Shown here: positions 48,506-59,089 of the stretch, piece by piece | How positions within the stretch are numbered: the first letter of the stretch is position 1 | How the letters are laid out: each line of letters opens with the position of its first letter | NCBI GenBank assembly: GCA_049472215.1 | Contig: JBLIRH010000001.1 | Span: forward strand, 43,308-107,307 | Source: Thermoplasmatota archaeon | GTDB lineage: Archaea > Thermoplasmatota > Penumbrarchaeia > Penumbrarchaeales > Penumbrarchaeaceae | Direction of reading: 5' to 3' | Length of the DNA: 64,000 nt | Notes under the pieces: generated by a model | Told to the model about the DNA's origin: nothing | Databases searched by the model: none | The model's input: the letters and a program-made list of their open reading frames with translations, nothing else | Translations under genes and position numbers: made by a program

Positions 48506-50380
48506 TCACAGCGGATCCGCTCCTATCACTTCTCCGGGCAGTTTCGAGTAGAAGATCTCGACCTCCTCGTATTCGTCCTTGTCCAGGCCAACCAGTGTGA
48601 AGCCGAGATGGATGGACCTTGCGGGTGCCAGGGGGCCGATGTCCCATTCGATTATTCCGGTCCTCGTCTTGTAGGTTTCAGGATATACACCCTGGACCAA
48701 TGTGTCCGGTACCTTGACAGCCAGTTTGAACTTCCTCTCCTTGTGTGTATAGTTCTGGACCCGTATCGTAACCTCGGTGAGCTGCTGTTTTTCTTCCCCT
48801 TCGCCGATCTCACGGAAGTGTATGCCGGAATCCACTACATGCACGTTCATGATCTTGGTGATGACCTCGTCGAGGGGGACCTGGGGTCTTTTCAGTATAT
48901 CGGAGCTCTTCCTGGCTATCTCCGGAAGGATCTCCTTGATCAGGGTATACTTCTCGGAGACCTTCTTTAGCTTCTTCTTCTTGTTGATGTGTGATTTCAC
49001 CCTCCGTCCGCAGTCCATGAGGGCCCTGGTACATTCATCGATGATCTCGTCGACGTCAGCTACCGCCTCCTTGGACTCCGAGGTGAAAGGGACGTTGGTA
49101 GAGGCGATATGGACCAGTATCACCGCAGGTCCGGCCGGAATGCCTTTCCCCCCCCGCTGTTCCAGGCCATATGGTCTCCAGTTTATCTTCTCCACCGCAT
49201 GGGTCATGGCGCAGCCCCCCTGCTGATAAAGCAGCGGGACCCTGTTCGCGAAACGGAGGATCTGCACAGTCTCACCTGGAGAAAGCTCCCCCCCGTAGAC
49301 TATACCTGCCTCGACCTGGAAGGGTGTCCCTCTGAAAACCTTCGGATCCCTCGTGACGGTGTATGCGAACTTGGAATCTATCTCTTTCCTGAGCCCCTTC
49401 CTTATCAACCGGTCCCCTATAGGGGATAGGCAGTCAGTAGGAGGCGACATGAACTTCATTTCCTGCATCACATTGTAGAGAACCTGCATGTTGTCGAGGT
49501 TCATTCTCTTGGGATTGCTCCCCTCCTTGATCTCCGCCTTTTCAAGTATATCCCTCGCCCCCCTTGGGGAGATCCTCGTGAATTCGTTGGTTAAAAAGGA
49601 GGTCATCTTGCGCGCTTCGGTGTATTGAAGCATGTTCTTCAGGACACCAAGTTCTATGCCATGGGGGTGAGGTTTGCTTTCCTTTGCAGATTCGGGCATT
49701 TTATCGACAACTCTCTGGAAATGGAAGTTTTCACCATCGGGGTCTTCGAAATGGATATCGACATGGGGATTTACGATCGCGGTCGATCTCAGATATTCGT
49801 AAACTGATTGTTTCTTGTTCTTCTGATAACGGCCCTCGATCTCGCAGCTGAACTCTGTCCCGTGGGGCGGGTCCCAGAGGACCACTTCGCTTGAAATGAT
49901 GTGCGGTCTGTTCGTTTTAGTATTTATCTGGATATCCATCCTGTTGCATGGGTAGGCATCCCCGATCTTTGAGATGATCGTGGTCGACTTCCCCGTCGTC
50001 AACTGAGAGTAGAGCACAACGGATGAGATACCTATGCCCTGCTGTCCCCTGGACTGCCTTATGGCGTGAAACCTGGAGCCGTATAGAAGCCTGCCGAAGA
50101 CGTTCGGTATCTGCTTCTTCACGATACCTGGTCCATTGTCCCTGATGGTAATGGTGAACCTGTCGCGGTCGTTCGCCTTCTGGATCTTTACGAATATGGT
50201 CGGAAGAATGCCGGCTTCTTCGCAGGCATCAAGGGAATTATCAACTGCTTCCTTTACGGATACCAGCATGGCCTTGGACGGATTGTCGAACCCTAGTATC
50301 TGACGGTTCTTGGCAAAAAAGTCCGATATGGAAATCTCCTTCTGGCTCTCGGCCATTTTCTGAGCATAAGGTACAACCAC
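48506..50380 (-). CDS. top6B: DNA topoisomerase VI subunit B
   Basis: EAVDNSLDA, DNGPG, SRGQQGIG, PHPHG, CLSPIG, RFANRVPL, VPFTSESKEA. Confidence 0.96.
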   Translation of the reverse strand: MVVPYAQKMAESQKEISISDFFAKNRQILGFDNPSKAMLVSVKEAVDNSLDACEEAGILPTIFVKIQKANDRDRFTITIRDNGPGIVKKQIPNVFGRLLYGSRFHAIRQSRGQQGIGISSVVLYSQLTTGKSTTIISKIGDAYPCNRMDIQINTKTNRPHIISSEVVLWDPPHGTEFSCEIEGRYQKNKKQSVYEYLRSTAIVNPHVDIHFEDPDGENFHFQRVVDKMPESAKESKPHPHGIELGVLKNMLQYTEARKMTSFLTNEFTRISPRGARDILEKAEIKEGSNPKRMNLDNMQVLYNVMQEMKFMSPPTDCLSPIGDRLIRKGLRKEIDSKFAYTVTRDPKVFRGTPFQVEAGIVYGGELSPGETVQILRFANRVPLLYQQGGCAMTHAVEKINWRPYGLEQRGGKGIPAGPAVILVHIASTNVPFTSESKEAVADVDEIIDECTRALMDCGRRVKSHINKKKKLKKVSEKYTLIKEILPEIARKSSDILKRPQVPLDEVITKIMNVHVVDSGIHFREIGEGEEKQQLTEVTIRVQNYTHKERKFKLAVKVPDTLVQGVYPETYKTRTGIIEWDIGPLAPARSIHLGFTLVGLDKDEYEEVEIFYSKLPGEVIGADPL

Positions 50381-50467
50381 CGGGGAACCTCCAATGAGCA
50401 GTAGAACTGACCAGTGGTTATCCGAGTACCCGTTTTAAATCAACAGGTTGGGGTGGCCGAAAGAACA

Positions 50468-51964
50468 TCAATTCCTTTTCTTGAAATAGGTGACAAGGAA
50501 AATTACCGCAATGAGGAGAGGGAGCAGCGTTAGCATAAGTCCGAACGAGGACCATTGGAGGACTTCCCATGAGGACGCATCATCCAGGAAAATGTACTCG
50601 ATGGCCATTATCACGAAATTGCCAAGCGCATCTGCCAGGCCAATGCACGCGAAGATCAGGAACAGGACGTTCATCAATCTGCTCATCTCCTCCGACACCT
50701 CCCTCTGCCTGGTGTCGATGAACGTCCTCAGAACCTCGATGGTCGAGGAAAGAATGTCCCTTGAATGGGAAAGCTCGTCAAGAAGGATCGAAAGGTCTCT
50801 CCTTGCACCTTCGATATCCTTTTGAGTGATCCCTCCCAGAGTATGTGAGAGTCCTTCAAGCGATACTGTCTCCGTGTGGAGCGAGATCGAGATCGAGACC
50901 TCGGCCACCCTCTGGTGCATCTCCTGAAGCTTGGAGGTCGTCCTCATTATCTGGTGTTCGACCTCCGATACGAGGGAGAACCTAACAGATGCTCTCGTCA
51001 GGAGTTCCTTTTCGGTCTCAAAGCTTTCCCGGTCGAGGAAATCCTTCTCTTTTTTCTTCTTTTTGTCTCCCTTCGTTCTATCCTTTGGGACATAGAGCTG
51101 CATATGATTGTTGATATTGTTCTGGAGCTGGAAGATCTGGTCTTTGAGATCCCTCCCTTTCACGAATAGTCCCTTGAGGTCCCCTCTCTTCATCTCGGAG
51201 AAATGGGACTGCATCAAAAATAGCTCCAGAAGTTTCGCCTTTACCGCCATCAGGTTGATCAGGTAGGTTTGTCTGATCTGGTACAGTTTCTTCTCACTGG
51301 TCGTCGCTTCCCCATAGGGCGAGCTTGGAGATACCTGTATGGGACTCTCACCGTAGGTGCTCAGAGCCCTGATATCCCCAAGGTCCATTTCCAGGACCAT
51401 ATCGTGTGGGAAGGTCTCCCTAGACCTCCCCTGAGGATTTCCCAGGAGGTAGATGGAGGATGATACCTTACCATGCTGGATAGAATTGACGACCACCTCC
51501 CCCGTTCTATTCATGATCCTGTTGAGGTAGGATATGTTGGACTGTAGGAGGTCAAGATGTTCATCACCTCGGTCCTTGTAAAGGAACGAGATGTCAGAGT
51601 AGGTTTTCAACCATACCTTCTCGGTGCCTGCGCAGGTGAATATGTTGTAGTTGTAGATAGATGAATCCTTCATGATATGCGGCTGTAATTTTTCTATGAC
51701 TGCCTTCTTGTGGGCTCCTATCTCTTCGAATTTCACTTTTACGAGGTCCGGGGAGACATCACTCGTCCCTTTCACCTCGGGCAGGATATCCAGCATAAGT
51801 TCGATTACCGTCCAATCTTCCTTCAGGGACACGTCGCACTTTATACCTTTCAACTTGATGAATTCGGATTTCAAAGTTTCCAGGACCTTCTTCTCATTGT
51901 CCTTTTCGGTCCTGAAAAGGATAAGGGAGTAGACCTTTGGGTCGTATAATGTGAAGGTCCTCAA
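50468..51964 (-). CDS. Hypothetical protein with long helical region and two C-terminal TM helices (CorA-like topology)
   Basis: TTG start after GAGGGTGA; coiled-coil region followed by two TM segments; no GMN motif. Confidence 0.6.
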   Translation of the reverse strand: MRTFTLYDPKVYSLILFRTEKDNEKKVLETLKSEFIKLKGIKCDVSLKEDWTVIELMLDILPEVKGTSDVSPDLVKVKFEEIGAHKKAVIEKLQPHIMKDSSIYNYNIFTCAGTEKVWLKTYSDISFLYKDRGDEHLDLLQSNISYLNRIMNRTGEVVVNSIQHGKVSSSIYLLGNPQGRSRETFPHDMVLEMDLGDIRALSTYGESPIQVSPSSPYGEATTSEKKLYQIRQTYLINLMAVKAKLLELFLMQSHFSEMKRGDLKGLFVKGRDLKDQIFQLQNNINNHMQLYVPKDRTKGDKKKKKEKDFLDRESFETEKELLTRASVRFSLVSEVEHQIMRTTSKLQEMHQRVAEVSISISLHTETVSLEGLSHTLGGITQKDIEGARRDLSILLDELSHSRDILSSTIEVLRTFIDTRQREVSEEMSRLMNVLFLIFACIGLADALGNFVIMAIEYIFLDDASSWEVLQWSSFGLMLTLLPLLIAVIFLVTYFKKRN

Positions 51965-52080
51965 TTTCCGTCACCCTCATGTCGGATACCGACATTTTGA
52001 AAATGTCGAACCCCCGAACGGAAACTAATCGGAGTGGTTTTATAATAAAATATGGGTCTTTTTCACTTTCAGTGAAACCA

Positions 52081-52926
52081 TCATCCCATACAGCAGCAAA
52101 TGCCTTTTTCTTCCACTTCATATCCCATGGAGGTGATCCATTCAAGGGTCGATCTCCTTGGAAGGACAATACCATCGAAACCTGCTTTCAAAACCTCCAC
52201 CTCAAGATCTGCTAGATCCTTGGGTCTCATGCATCCAAGGACCAATCTCCCCCCAAGTTTTTCCCTCATGTATCTCGCCAGGTGGAGCAGGTCTTGAAGG
52301 GACGGCGGCTCAACATCCTGGAAATCCGTTCCTATGGTCGGGATAAGGACGATCAACACAACCTCTACTGATCCAAGGCCGGAAAGTACCTTAACAGCAT
52401 CGAATTCCCAAGATATCTCGCCTCTCTTGAGGCCCGCAAGGATATGGGGCACGACCTCCACTCCCTGCTTCATCAATATATCAACCGTGGCAAGGTATTC
52501 TTCTTTCCCCTTGTCGAGGCGAAGTACCTCATTTATCGTTGTGTCGTCATACACAAAATCGAAAGAGACCTTATCCACACCTGCCCATGAGATCCTGCCC
52601 GCGACATCCTCATTGATCAGGCCGCAATGGAGGTTTATCAGGAGTCCAGTCCTTTCCTTGAGATCCTTGATCTCCTTGAAAGTGTATGAGGGGAAGTCTA
52701 CGGCGCCGAATTGGTCGCATCCTCCTGAGACCAGAATCCCCTTGCCCCCCTTCTTCCAAAGGTCAAGTCCAAATTCCAGCAGAGCTCCCTTGCCGGACAC
52801 ATCCTTCATCCCTCCCAGATACTTACCTGAGCAGTGGGCACATGACATAGCGCATCTATGTCCCGTTACCGATACCGAGGGGAATGATCTGCCTGGCCTG
52901 TAGATCGTTATCCTTCTCACGGACAC
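52081..52926 (-). CDS. Radical SAM protein (biotin-synthase-related, function unknown)
   Basis: SVTGHRCAMSCAHC CxxxCxxC motif, GILVSGG, VPHI, LGCMRP; Cys-rich C-terminus. Confidence 0.88.
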   Translation of the reverse strand: MSVRRITIYRPGRSFPSVSVTGHRCAMSCAHCSGKYLGGMKDVSGKGALLEFGLDLWKKGGKGILVSGGCDQFGAVDFPSYTFKEIKDLKERTGLLINLHCGLINEDVAGRISWAGVDKVSFDFVYDDTTINEVLRLDKGKEEYLATVDILMKQGVEVVPHILAGLKRGEISWEFDAVKVLSGLGSVEVVLIVLIPTIGTDFQDVEPPSLQDLLHLARYMREKLGGRLVLGCMRPKDLADLEVEVLKAGFDGIVLPRRSTLEWITSMGYEVEEKGICCCMG

Positions 52927-53051
52927 TCCATCGGGTATCCCTACTTATCATTTTTCCAGTAATAATCTGGAACTCCAGAGAATATTTATAATAGAACCTG
53001 GAATTAAAAGAGCTGTAGGTGTCAAAGACCGCTACCAGTGGGGTAAATGGA

Positions 53052-56000
53052 ATGTCGATGAAGGTTTCAGATCCCTCGATCAGAAGGCCGCTCGTATCAA
53101 TTGCAGTACTCTTACTCCTTGCTCTCTCAGTCCATTTCGAGCCGGGAGGCATCTCCCCTGTACTCACAACGGATGCGGCATTGACCTCAATAGATCCGAT
53201 CGTGATCGAAGGGAACGCCGGCTTGGCCTCCCATCCGACCATCAGGTCCGGTGATGGGTCCACCCTCAACCCGTACATTATCTCGGACTATTCCATAGAC
53301 AGCTATTCCACCGGAAGATACGGCATCGCCATAAGGAACACAACCGCCCACCTTATCGTCCAGAACATCACGATAAGGGTTGCCGATGCTTCGATCGGCA
53401 TCTATCTGAGAGCCTACGGAAGCTACTCCATGAACATTGTTCTCAAGAATATTACAATAACGGGAGGAAGCACCCAGGTATATCTGTACGTCCCCATCAG
53501 GGTGTCCATCACAGATTGTACCTTCAACAATCCATCCATCTCCGGGAATGCTATCTACTCCTATTATGGTTATGAGCTGTTCATAACGAACAACACCTTC
53601 AACACTCCCAATATGGATGTGGACCTGGATTATTCGGCCCCCGTGGCGTTCAATCTCAACGAGGGCACTATCCGCAGATATGACCATCTCAGGTTCCGCT
53701 ACAGCAATTTCGCCAACAATTCCCTCTCCCTTTATTCTGCAACTTACACTTCCGGTTACTCCTCGGACCTCCAAGGGAACGAGCTGACATCCAGGACCGG
53801 ATCAGAGAACCTGGTAACGATCCTCGATTGCAATCGGATAAAGATAGCCAACAATACCCTTCAGGGCGGATATCATTCCATTTACGTTGAGCATCCCAAC
53901 ACAAACAGTCCGGTCTATACGAATTATCCGAGGGCCGCCTCCCTGCTTTTCGAATTCAATAACATCGAAGGTTCAGTCTATGACGGGATCAACTTCTACT
54001 ATACGACCAACCATGCAGCCATGACATATTTTAACATACTCAATAACCGCTTCACCAACTGTACCAGATACGCCATCTACCTGTCCGGAGGGGGAAGCTT
54101 CACATCGGTAGTATGGCGCAATGTTTTCGAGAACAATGACGGTTCCGGTGATACATACTCGATCTCATCCGTTCAGGTTTTCGACCGGTATGGTCAGTTC
54201 TCATGGGACAATGGATACATAGGCAACTACTGGAAAGATAAAAGGACTCCGGACGATGACAGCGACGGTTTCGTCGATGAAGGTTTCTACAGTGTCGGGG
54301 GAACGTCAAGCAGGAAGGATAATCATCCGGTCTCGAATCCCTATTTCGATTTCGAAAAGCCGTACCTGAGAATACTGACACCTTCAGGGAGGTTCGTTCC
54401 CAATAGCTATGTCAATTTTACCTGGGAAGCAAGTGATGACCTCAGTGGAATGCACAAGATGGAGGTTAAGAACGGCCTTCAACCCTGGGTGGATGCTACC
54501 AGGTGGGGCCATTTCGGATTGTTCCTGGTCCAGGGCAATTACAAGATCAAGGTAAGGGCGACCGACAGAGCGCTTTTAAAGAACGAGATAGAACTGGAGA
54601 TCTTCGTTAACCGAACGGTACTTCCCTTCTCCATCTCCTCACCTCAAACGGATAGATTCTACAACAATACGGTAATCCCCTGCACCTGGTCGACTATCGA
54701 TACCTTCATTCCCTTGAACATCACCTATAGTCTTGACAACGGTCCGTACGTAGTGGAAGATACCGGCGGTCCTTTCGACATAGAGGCCTCTGAGGGGGAG
54801 CATATTCTGAAAGTGATCTTCTATGACCATTACGGCAATGCCATCGAAAGATCGATATCCTTCACTGTGGACACAAGCGAGCCGTTGGTGGATATCCTCT
54901 ACCCCGCGGAGGGATCGGTGATATCGAACGAGCTCGTGAATTTCCAATGGGACCGATCGGACAACTTCGGAGTCTCAGCTACCTTTGTCCGGATCGATGG
55001 CGGCGATCTCATCGAGAAGTCCACCAATTATTTCTCAGAGATCCTGGCAACCGGATCACATACCCTGGATGTCCTCGTATTCGATCAAGCGGGAAACCGG
55101 GGACAGGATTCGATCAATTTCGTCATATCCAAGAATACCTCCCTAAATATTGTATCTCCTCGTCTGACCAGACCAACCTCGAATGGAAGGCTCAGCGTAG
55201 TCTGGGAATACGTGGTGGCCAACCTCAGGATAGATTCCCTTGAACTTCTGATAGATAATCAGCCCGCGATCGTTCTAGATACATCTGCAACCTCGCATGA
55301 GATAACCCTGACATCGGATGGTGTCCACAGAATATCTGTGGAAGCGAAGGACCCAGTGAAGAATCTCATTTCGGACACTGTCGAGGTGGTGCTTGACAAG
55401 ACTGCCCCGGTCCCCGATTTCCAGTTCCCCTCGGATGGAGCATATCTCAATCACACTAACATCGATCTCCAATGGAATGCAATTGAAAAGTGGGGTTTGG
55501 ACCATTACGAACTTTATACGGACGGGATATTGAAGGCGGGGGGTATCAAGCAAGGTTCCTACTCTCTGGACCTCTCTCCAGGTAAGCATGTTCTGAAGAT
55601 AAAGGCCTTCGATCAGGCCGGAAACGTTGGAGAGAGGGAGATATCTGTAACCATCGATATGAGTGCTCCGAACCTCGAGCTGATCGAACCTGCCGGCACT
55701 GTATTCACAGAACCTTACGTCACGTTCCGGTGGTCCGGTGAGGATGATCACGAGATCGACCATTACAACTTCACCATGGACCAGAAACCTGTAGAGGAGC
55801 TCGGCCTTGCCACGAGCAGACAAATGCAGCTTTCAGAGGGGTACCACCTGTTCATATTGAGATGCTCGGACCTGGCAGGCAATACCAAGACCATACTGAA
55901 GGAGTTCCTGGTGGACCTCAATGACCCGGAGGTTTCATTCAAGAACCCGCCGGGAGACTTTGTTAAGATATTCAATGGATTGATCGAGTGGGAGATAACG

Positions 56001-56951
56001 GAAGCGAACGGTGTGGAGGAGATCACCCTGACCATAGACGGTATCGACTACGAAGTATCCCCCACCTCAAGGTACTTCATTTTCGACATGGAGACGGGGA
56101 GACATTCCGTTTCCATTGTTGTTTCGGATCCAAGCGGCAGATCAGCGTCGGCGGATTTCGTTTTCACGATAGATCCGGACCCGCCGTTGATATCCAAATC
56201 CGAGACGGATATCAGGGTCAGGGGCAACAGGATCGAGATCTTCTGGACCCTTGGAGAAGGGGAGGAGAACCTTACAAAGGCGCTATATCTGGATGGCAGG
56301 CAGGTCAACATAGATTTCGGTCTGTCCGAAGGATCCTTCGTTTTCGCAGAGCTGGAGATCGGGAACCATTCCATCACCTTGGAGGTACAGGATAGAGCGG
56401 GGAACTCGAAGACCCTGGAATGGGATTTCCAGGTCAAGCGGTCGGACTCGAGCGAGGCTGGATCCACAAGTTCGATCGGTGTCCTGATCGCAGTGCTCCT
56501 GCTGTTCATTGTTCTGGCTGCTTTGGGCGCTTTCTATTTCGTATACTGGAGGAAAAGACCAAAGGAGGAAAAGAGAACACTGAAAGCTCCCGGGAGGCCA
56601 GAGAAATTGACCTTTGCCCCTCGTCCTCACGTGCCGGTGTCCGCCCCCCACCAACCCCGGGTGCAGCATCATTCAAGACCGGGCTCGACCGCTGGTAGGT
56701 CTTCACATGGTCAACATGGATATATTAGACCCGAACCGGCCAGGATAACGGAGGTCAAGCGGACGATAATAGATGCTCCACCGGTTGGCACAAAGGAAAC
56801 AAGGGAGAGATCAATGCATACATCACCGAAGACAGAAAAGACCTCAGAAGGTACCGCTGGTAAGCAAGATGATGTCGAGGACTGGGGCGAGGTAGAGGAC
56901 TGGGACCATGCTGACGAGGTCGAGGAATGGGAGGACATGGAGGAACTCTGA
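53052..56951 (+). CDS. Surface protein: beta-helix, tandem Ig-like domains, TM, cytoplasmic tail
   Basis: GDGSTLNPYII, GNYW..DDDSDG, repeated GxH.....D.AGN / VDxxxP Ig motifs, TM, then a Pro/Ser/Thr-rich and acidic tail. Confidence 0.85.
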   Translation: MSMKVSDPSIRRPLVSIAVLLLLALSVHFEPGGISPVLTTDAALTSIDPIVIEGNAGLASHPTIRSGDGSTLNPYIISDYSIDSYSTGRYGIAIRNTTAHLIVQNITIRVADASIGIYLRAYGSYSMNIVLKNITITGGSTQVYLYVPIRVSITDCTFNNPSISGNAIYSYYGYELFITNNTFNTPNMDVDLDYSAPVAFNLNEGTIRRYDHLRFRYSNFANNSLSLYSATYTSGYSSDLQGNELTSRTGSENLVTILDCNRIKIANNTLQGGYHSIYVEHPNTNSPVYTNYPRAASLLFEFNNIEGSVYDGINFYYTTNHAAMTYFNILNNRFTNCTRYAIYLSGGGSFTSVVWRNVFENNDGSGDTYSISSVQVFDRYGQFSWDNGYIGNYWKDKRTPDDDSDGFVDEGFYSVGGTSSRKDNHPVSNPYFDFEKPYLRILTPSGRFVPNSYVNFTWEASDDLSGMHKMEVKNGLQPWVDATRWGHFGLFLVQGNYKIKVRATDRALLKNEIELEIFVNRTVLPFSISSPQTDRFYNNTVIPCTWSTIDTFIPLNITYSLDNGPYVVEDTGGPFDIEASEGEHILKVIFYDHYGNAIERSISFTVDTSEPLVDILYPAEGSVISNELVNFQWDRSDNFGVSATFVRIDGGDLIEKSTNYFSEILATGSHTLDVLVFDQAGNRGQDSINFVISKNTSLNIVSPRLTRPTSNGRLSVVWEYVVANLRIDSLELLIDNQPAIVLDTSATSHEITLTSDGVHRISVEAKDPVKNLISDTVEVVLDKTAPVPDFQFPSDGAYLNHTNIDLQWNAIEKWGLDHYELYTDGILKAGGIKQGSYSLDLSPGKHVLKIKAFDQAGNVGEREISVTIDMSAPNLELIEPAGTVFTEPYVTFRWSGEDDHEIDHYNFTMDQKPVEELGLATSRQMQLSEGYHLFILRCSDLAGNTKTILKEFLVDLNDPEVSFKNPPGDFVKIFNGLIEWEITEANGVEEITLTIDGIDYEVSPTSRYFIFDMETGRHSVSIVVSDPSGRSASADFVFTIDPDPPLISKSETDIRVRGNRIEIFWTLGEGEENLTKALYLDGRQVNIDFGLSEGSFVFAELEIGNHSITLEVQDRAGNSKTLEWDFQVKRSDSSEAGSTSSIGVLIAVLLLFIVLAALGAFYFVYWRKRPKEEKRTLKAPGRPEKLTFAPRPHVPVSAPHQPRVQHHSRPGSTAGRSSHGQHGYIRPEPARITEVKRTIIDAPPVGTKETRERSMHTSPKTEKTSEGTAGKQDDVEDWGEVEDWDHADEVEEWEDMEEL

Positions 56952-57430
56952 TGCCGTTATCCCCCCAGCGTTTTCTCCAATGGTCAAGGTATGGTATGGA
57001 GCCGTTCAACTGGATAGTCCCGGGCAGGCTTATGGCTTCAGTTTATCCGAGATCATGGGAATATCTTGGATACCTCCGGGAAACCGAAGGCATCGAATTG
57101 GCGATCAATCTCGCGGAGAACCCCTGGCCTGAAGAATGGTCAGAAGCCTCCGGGGTAAGGTGCCATCATGTTCCGATAATCGACATGTCCGTTCCTTCCA
57201 GGGAGCAGGTCATCGAGACGATCGACATCATATCGGGGCATGACGGTCCAGTTATGGTCCACTGCGCAGCAGGTATTGGAAGGACGGGGACAGTAATTGC
57301 CCTTTACCTTGTGAACCAGGGGGACCCGCCAGGGGACGCGATCAAACTCGTAAGAAGTATGAGGACTGGATCGATCCAGACAACCCAGCAGGAGAGGATG
57401 ATCTATGAATGGGCAAAAAGAGGCAGGTGA
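56951..57430 (+). CDS. Dual-specificity/protein-tyrosine phosphatase
   Basis: PIIDMSVP, VHCAAGIGRTG (CX5R), R.GSIQTTQQ; TGATG coupling to the upstream gene. Confidence 0.92.
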   Translation: MPLSPQRFLQWSRYGMEPFNWIVPGRLMASVYPRSWEYLGYLRETEGIELAINLAENPWPEEWSEASGVRCHHVPIIDMSVPSREQVIETIDIISGHDGPVMVHCAAGIGRTGTVIALYLVNQGDPPGDAIKLVRSMRTGSIQTTQQERMIYEWAKRGR

Positions 57431-57440
57431 CGGAGCGGTC

Positions 57441-58172
57441 ATGGACGTGATCGTTCTCGCCGGTGGATTTGCGAAGAGGATGTGGCCCCTGACGAAGGAC
57501 AGGCCCAAGCATCTATTACCGATCGCAGGCAGACCGATGCTCAGCTATACACTCGATTCCCTTTTGGAGATGACCGAGGTCGGCTCGATATTCGTATCCA
57601 CGAACGAGGCTTTCAAGGAACATTTCGAGGAGTTTATCGAAAATTACGATCCAAAGAGGGTCAAGCTCGTCATCGAGCCATCTCCCACGGAAGAGAAGAA
57701 GCTCGGATCTATCGGAGGACTAGGATTCCTTATAGAAAGCCAGGGCCTCTTCCGCGATACGATGGTGATCGGTGGTGACAACCTCTTCGAGTTCCATCCG
57801 AAGGAAGCGATCGAAGCTTTCCGAAAGGCCGGGAAGGACCTTGTGGCCGTTTACGACGTGGGATCACCGGACCAGGCCAGACTGTATGGCATTGTTGATC
57901 TGAACAAGGATGGAGTGATCGCCCGCTTCCTCGAGAAACCGGAATCTCCCCCATCCACCCTTGCCGCCACTGCCTTTTACATCTTCAATTCGGATACGGT
58001 CTCAATGGTCCTGCAATATCTGAACGAAGGTGGAAAACCGGACGCGTTGGGCCATTTCATCACATACCTGGTGGAGAGGAAACCCGTTTACGCATGGAGG
58101 TTTGCCGGTCGCTGGTTCGATATAGGATCCCTCGAAGTCTACCACGAGGCCGATGAATATTTCAGAAAATGA
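57441..58172 (+). CDS. Sugar-phosphate nucleotidyltransferase
   Basis: VLAGGFAKRMWPLT..PK.LLPI, GGDN, FLEKP, WFDIG. Confidence 0.9.
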   Translation: MDVIVLAGGFAKRMWPLTKDRPKHLLPIAGRPMLSYTLDSLLEMTEVGSIFVSTNEAFKEHFEEFIENYDPKRVKLVIEPSPTEEKKLGSIGGLGFLIESQGLFRDTMVIGGDNLFEFHPKEAIEAFRKAGKDLVAVYDVGSPDQARLYGIVDLNKDGVIARFLEKPESPPSTLAATAFYIFNSDTVSMVLQYLNEGGKPDALGHFITYLVERKPVYAWRFAGRWFDIGSLEVYHEADEYFRK

Positions 58173-58196
58173 TTTAACCCCTACATCAGTTCGACC

Positions 58197-58970
58197 ATGG
58201 GTTCCATGAGCCGGAGAGGAACATATTTAGCAGTTCTCTTATTGGTCCTGATCGCTCTATGCACTGGATCAGCAAGTTCCATAACCTACTTCTCCGAGAT
58301 CGAGGATGAAAGAGATGACGTTCGTTATTTCTCCATAATAGACGAGGAATTCTATCGAAAAGGTGGAAAGAGCGAGATAGATATAATCAGGGTCCGAAGC
58401 GAGCAAAACGGCAGCATGATCGTGCTCTCCATGACCGTGGACGGAACGATAGATACGAGCGGAACGTCGACATATTTTATCAATGTCCGGACCTCCGATG
58501 AAATAGACTATCTCCTCGATGAAGATACTTCATTCCGCTATAATGGGACCGCATCAGCTGTCTTCTTCTACCAGAACATGACCTCGGTTGATGTCATGAA
58601 CAACACTATCATACGCGGAAACACACTTGAGTTCTCTCTATCTCAAGAGTTCTTCAAAGACTCGGTCATCTTCGAGCTCTCCGGAATGACGATGCAGTGG
58701 GATGTGGAGGACCTGGAGACCTATATGGACACCACGGACGATCTTCCCTTCGAAGATATCAGGAGAAACAGTGATTACTACTGGATCTACTATCTCGTGG
58801 TTTGCCTTGTCGTGATATTCGCCATTGTCGGGTTCATCATCAACTGGAAGTTCAAGAGATTGTGGAAGAGGAACAAGGCCCGCTTCTGTCTGATCTGCGG
58901 CGGGCTCATGCAGGAAGGGGATATCGACTGCAGGTTCTGCGGTCACAGATACAAACCCATAAGGAAATGA
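58197..58970 (+). CDS. Hypothetical membrane protein with C-terminal zinc ribbon
   Basis: Signal peptide, extracellular domain, TM, CLICGG...CRFCG. Confidence 0.7.
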   Translation: MGSMSRRGTYLAVLLLVLIALCTGSASSITYFSEIEDERDDVRYFSIIDEEFYRKGGKSEIDIIRVRSEQNGSMIVLSMTVDGTIDTSGTSTYFINVRTSDEIDYLLDEDTSFRYNGTASAVFFYQNMTSVDVMNNTIIRGNTLEFSLSQEFFKDSVIFELSGMTMQWDVEDLETYMDTTDDLPFEDIRRNSDYYWIYYLVVCLVVIFAIVGFIINWKFKRLWKRNKARFCLICGGLMQEGDIDCRFCGHRYKPIRK

Positions 58971-59089
58971 TCCTGTGCTCCTAGACCATGGCGGAAATGT
59001 GCCGTATATCTGGATGAACCCCAAGTTTCGATATCCTCCCCGTAAAGAATATCTCATATGCGCGGTTCTTTGGACCGAGGGAGGTATCT

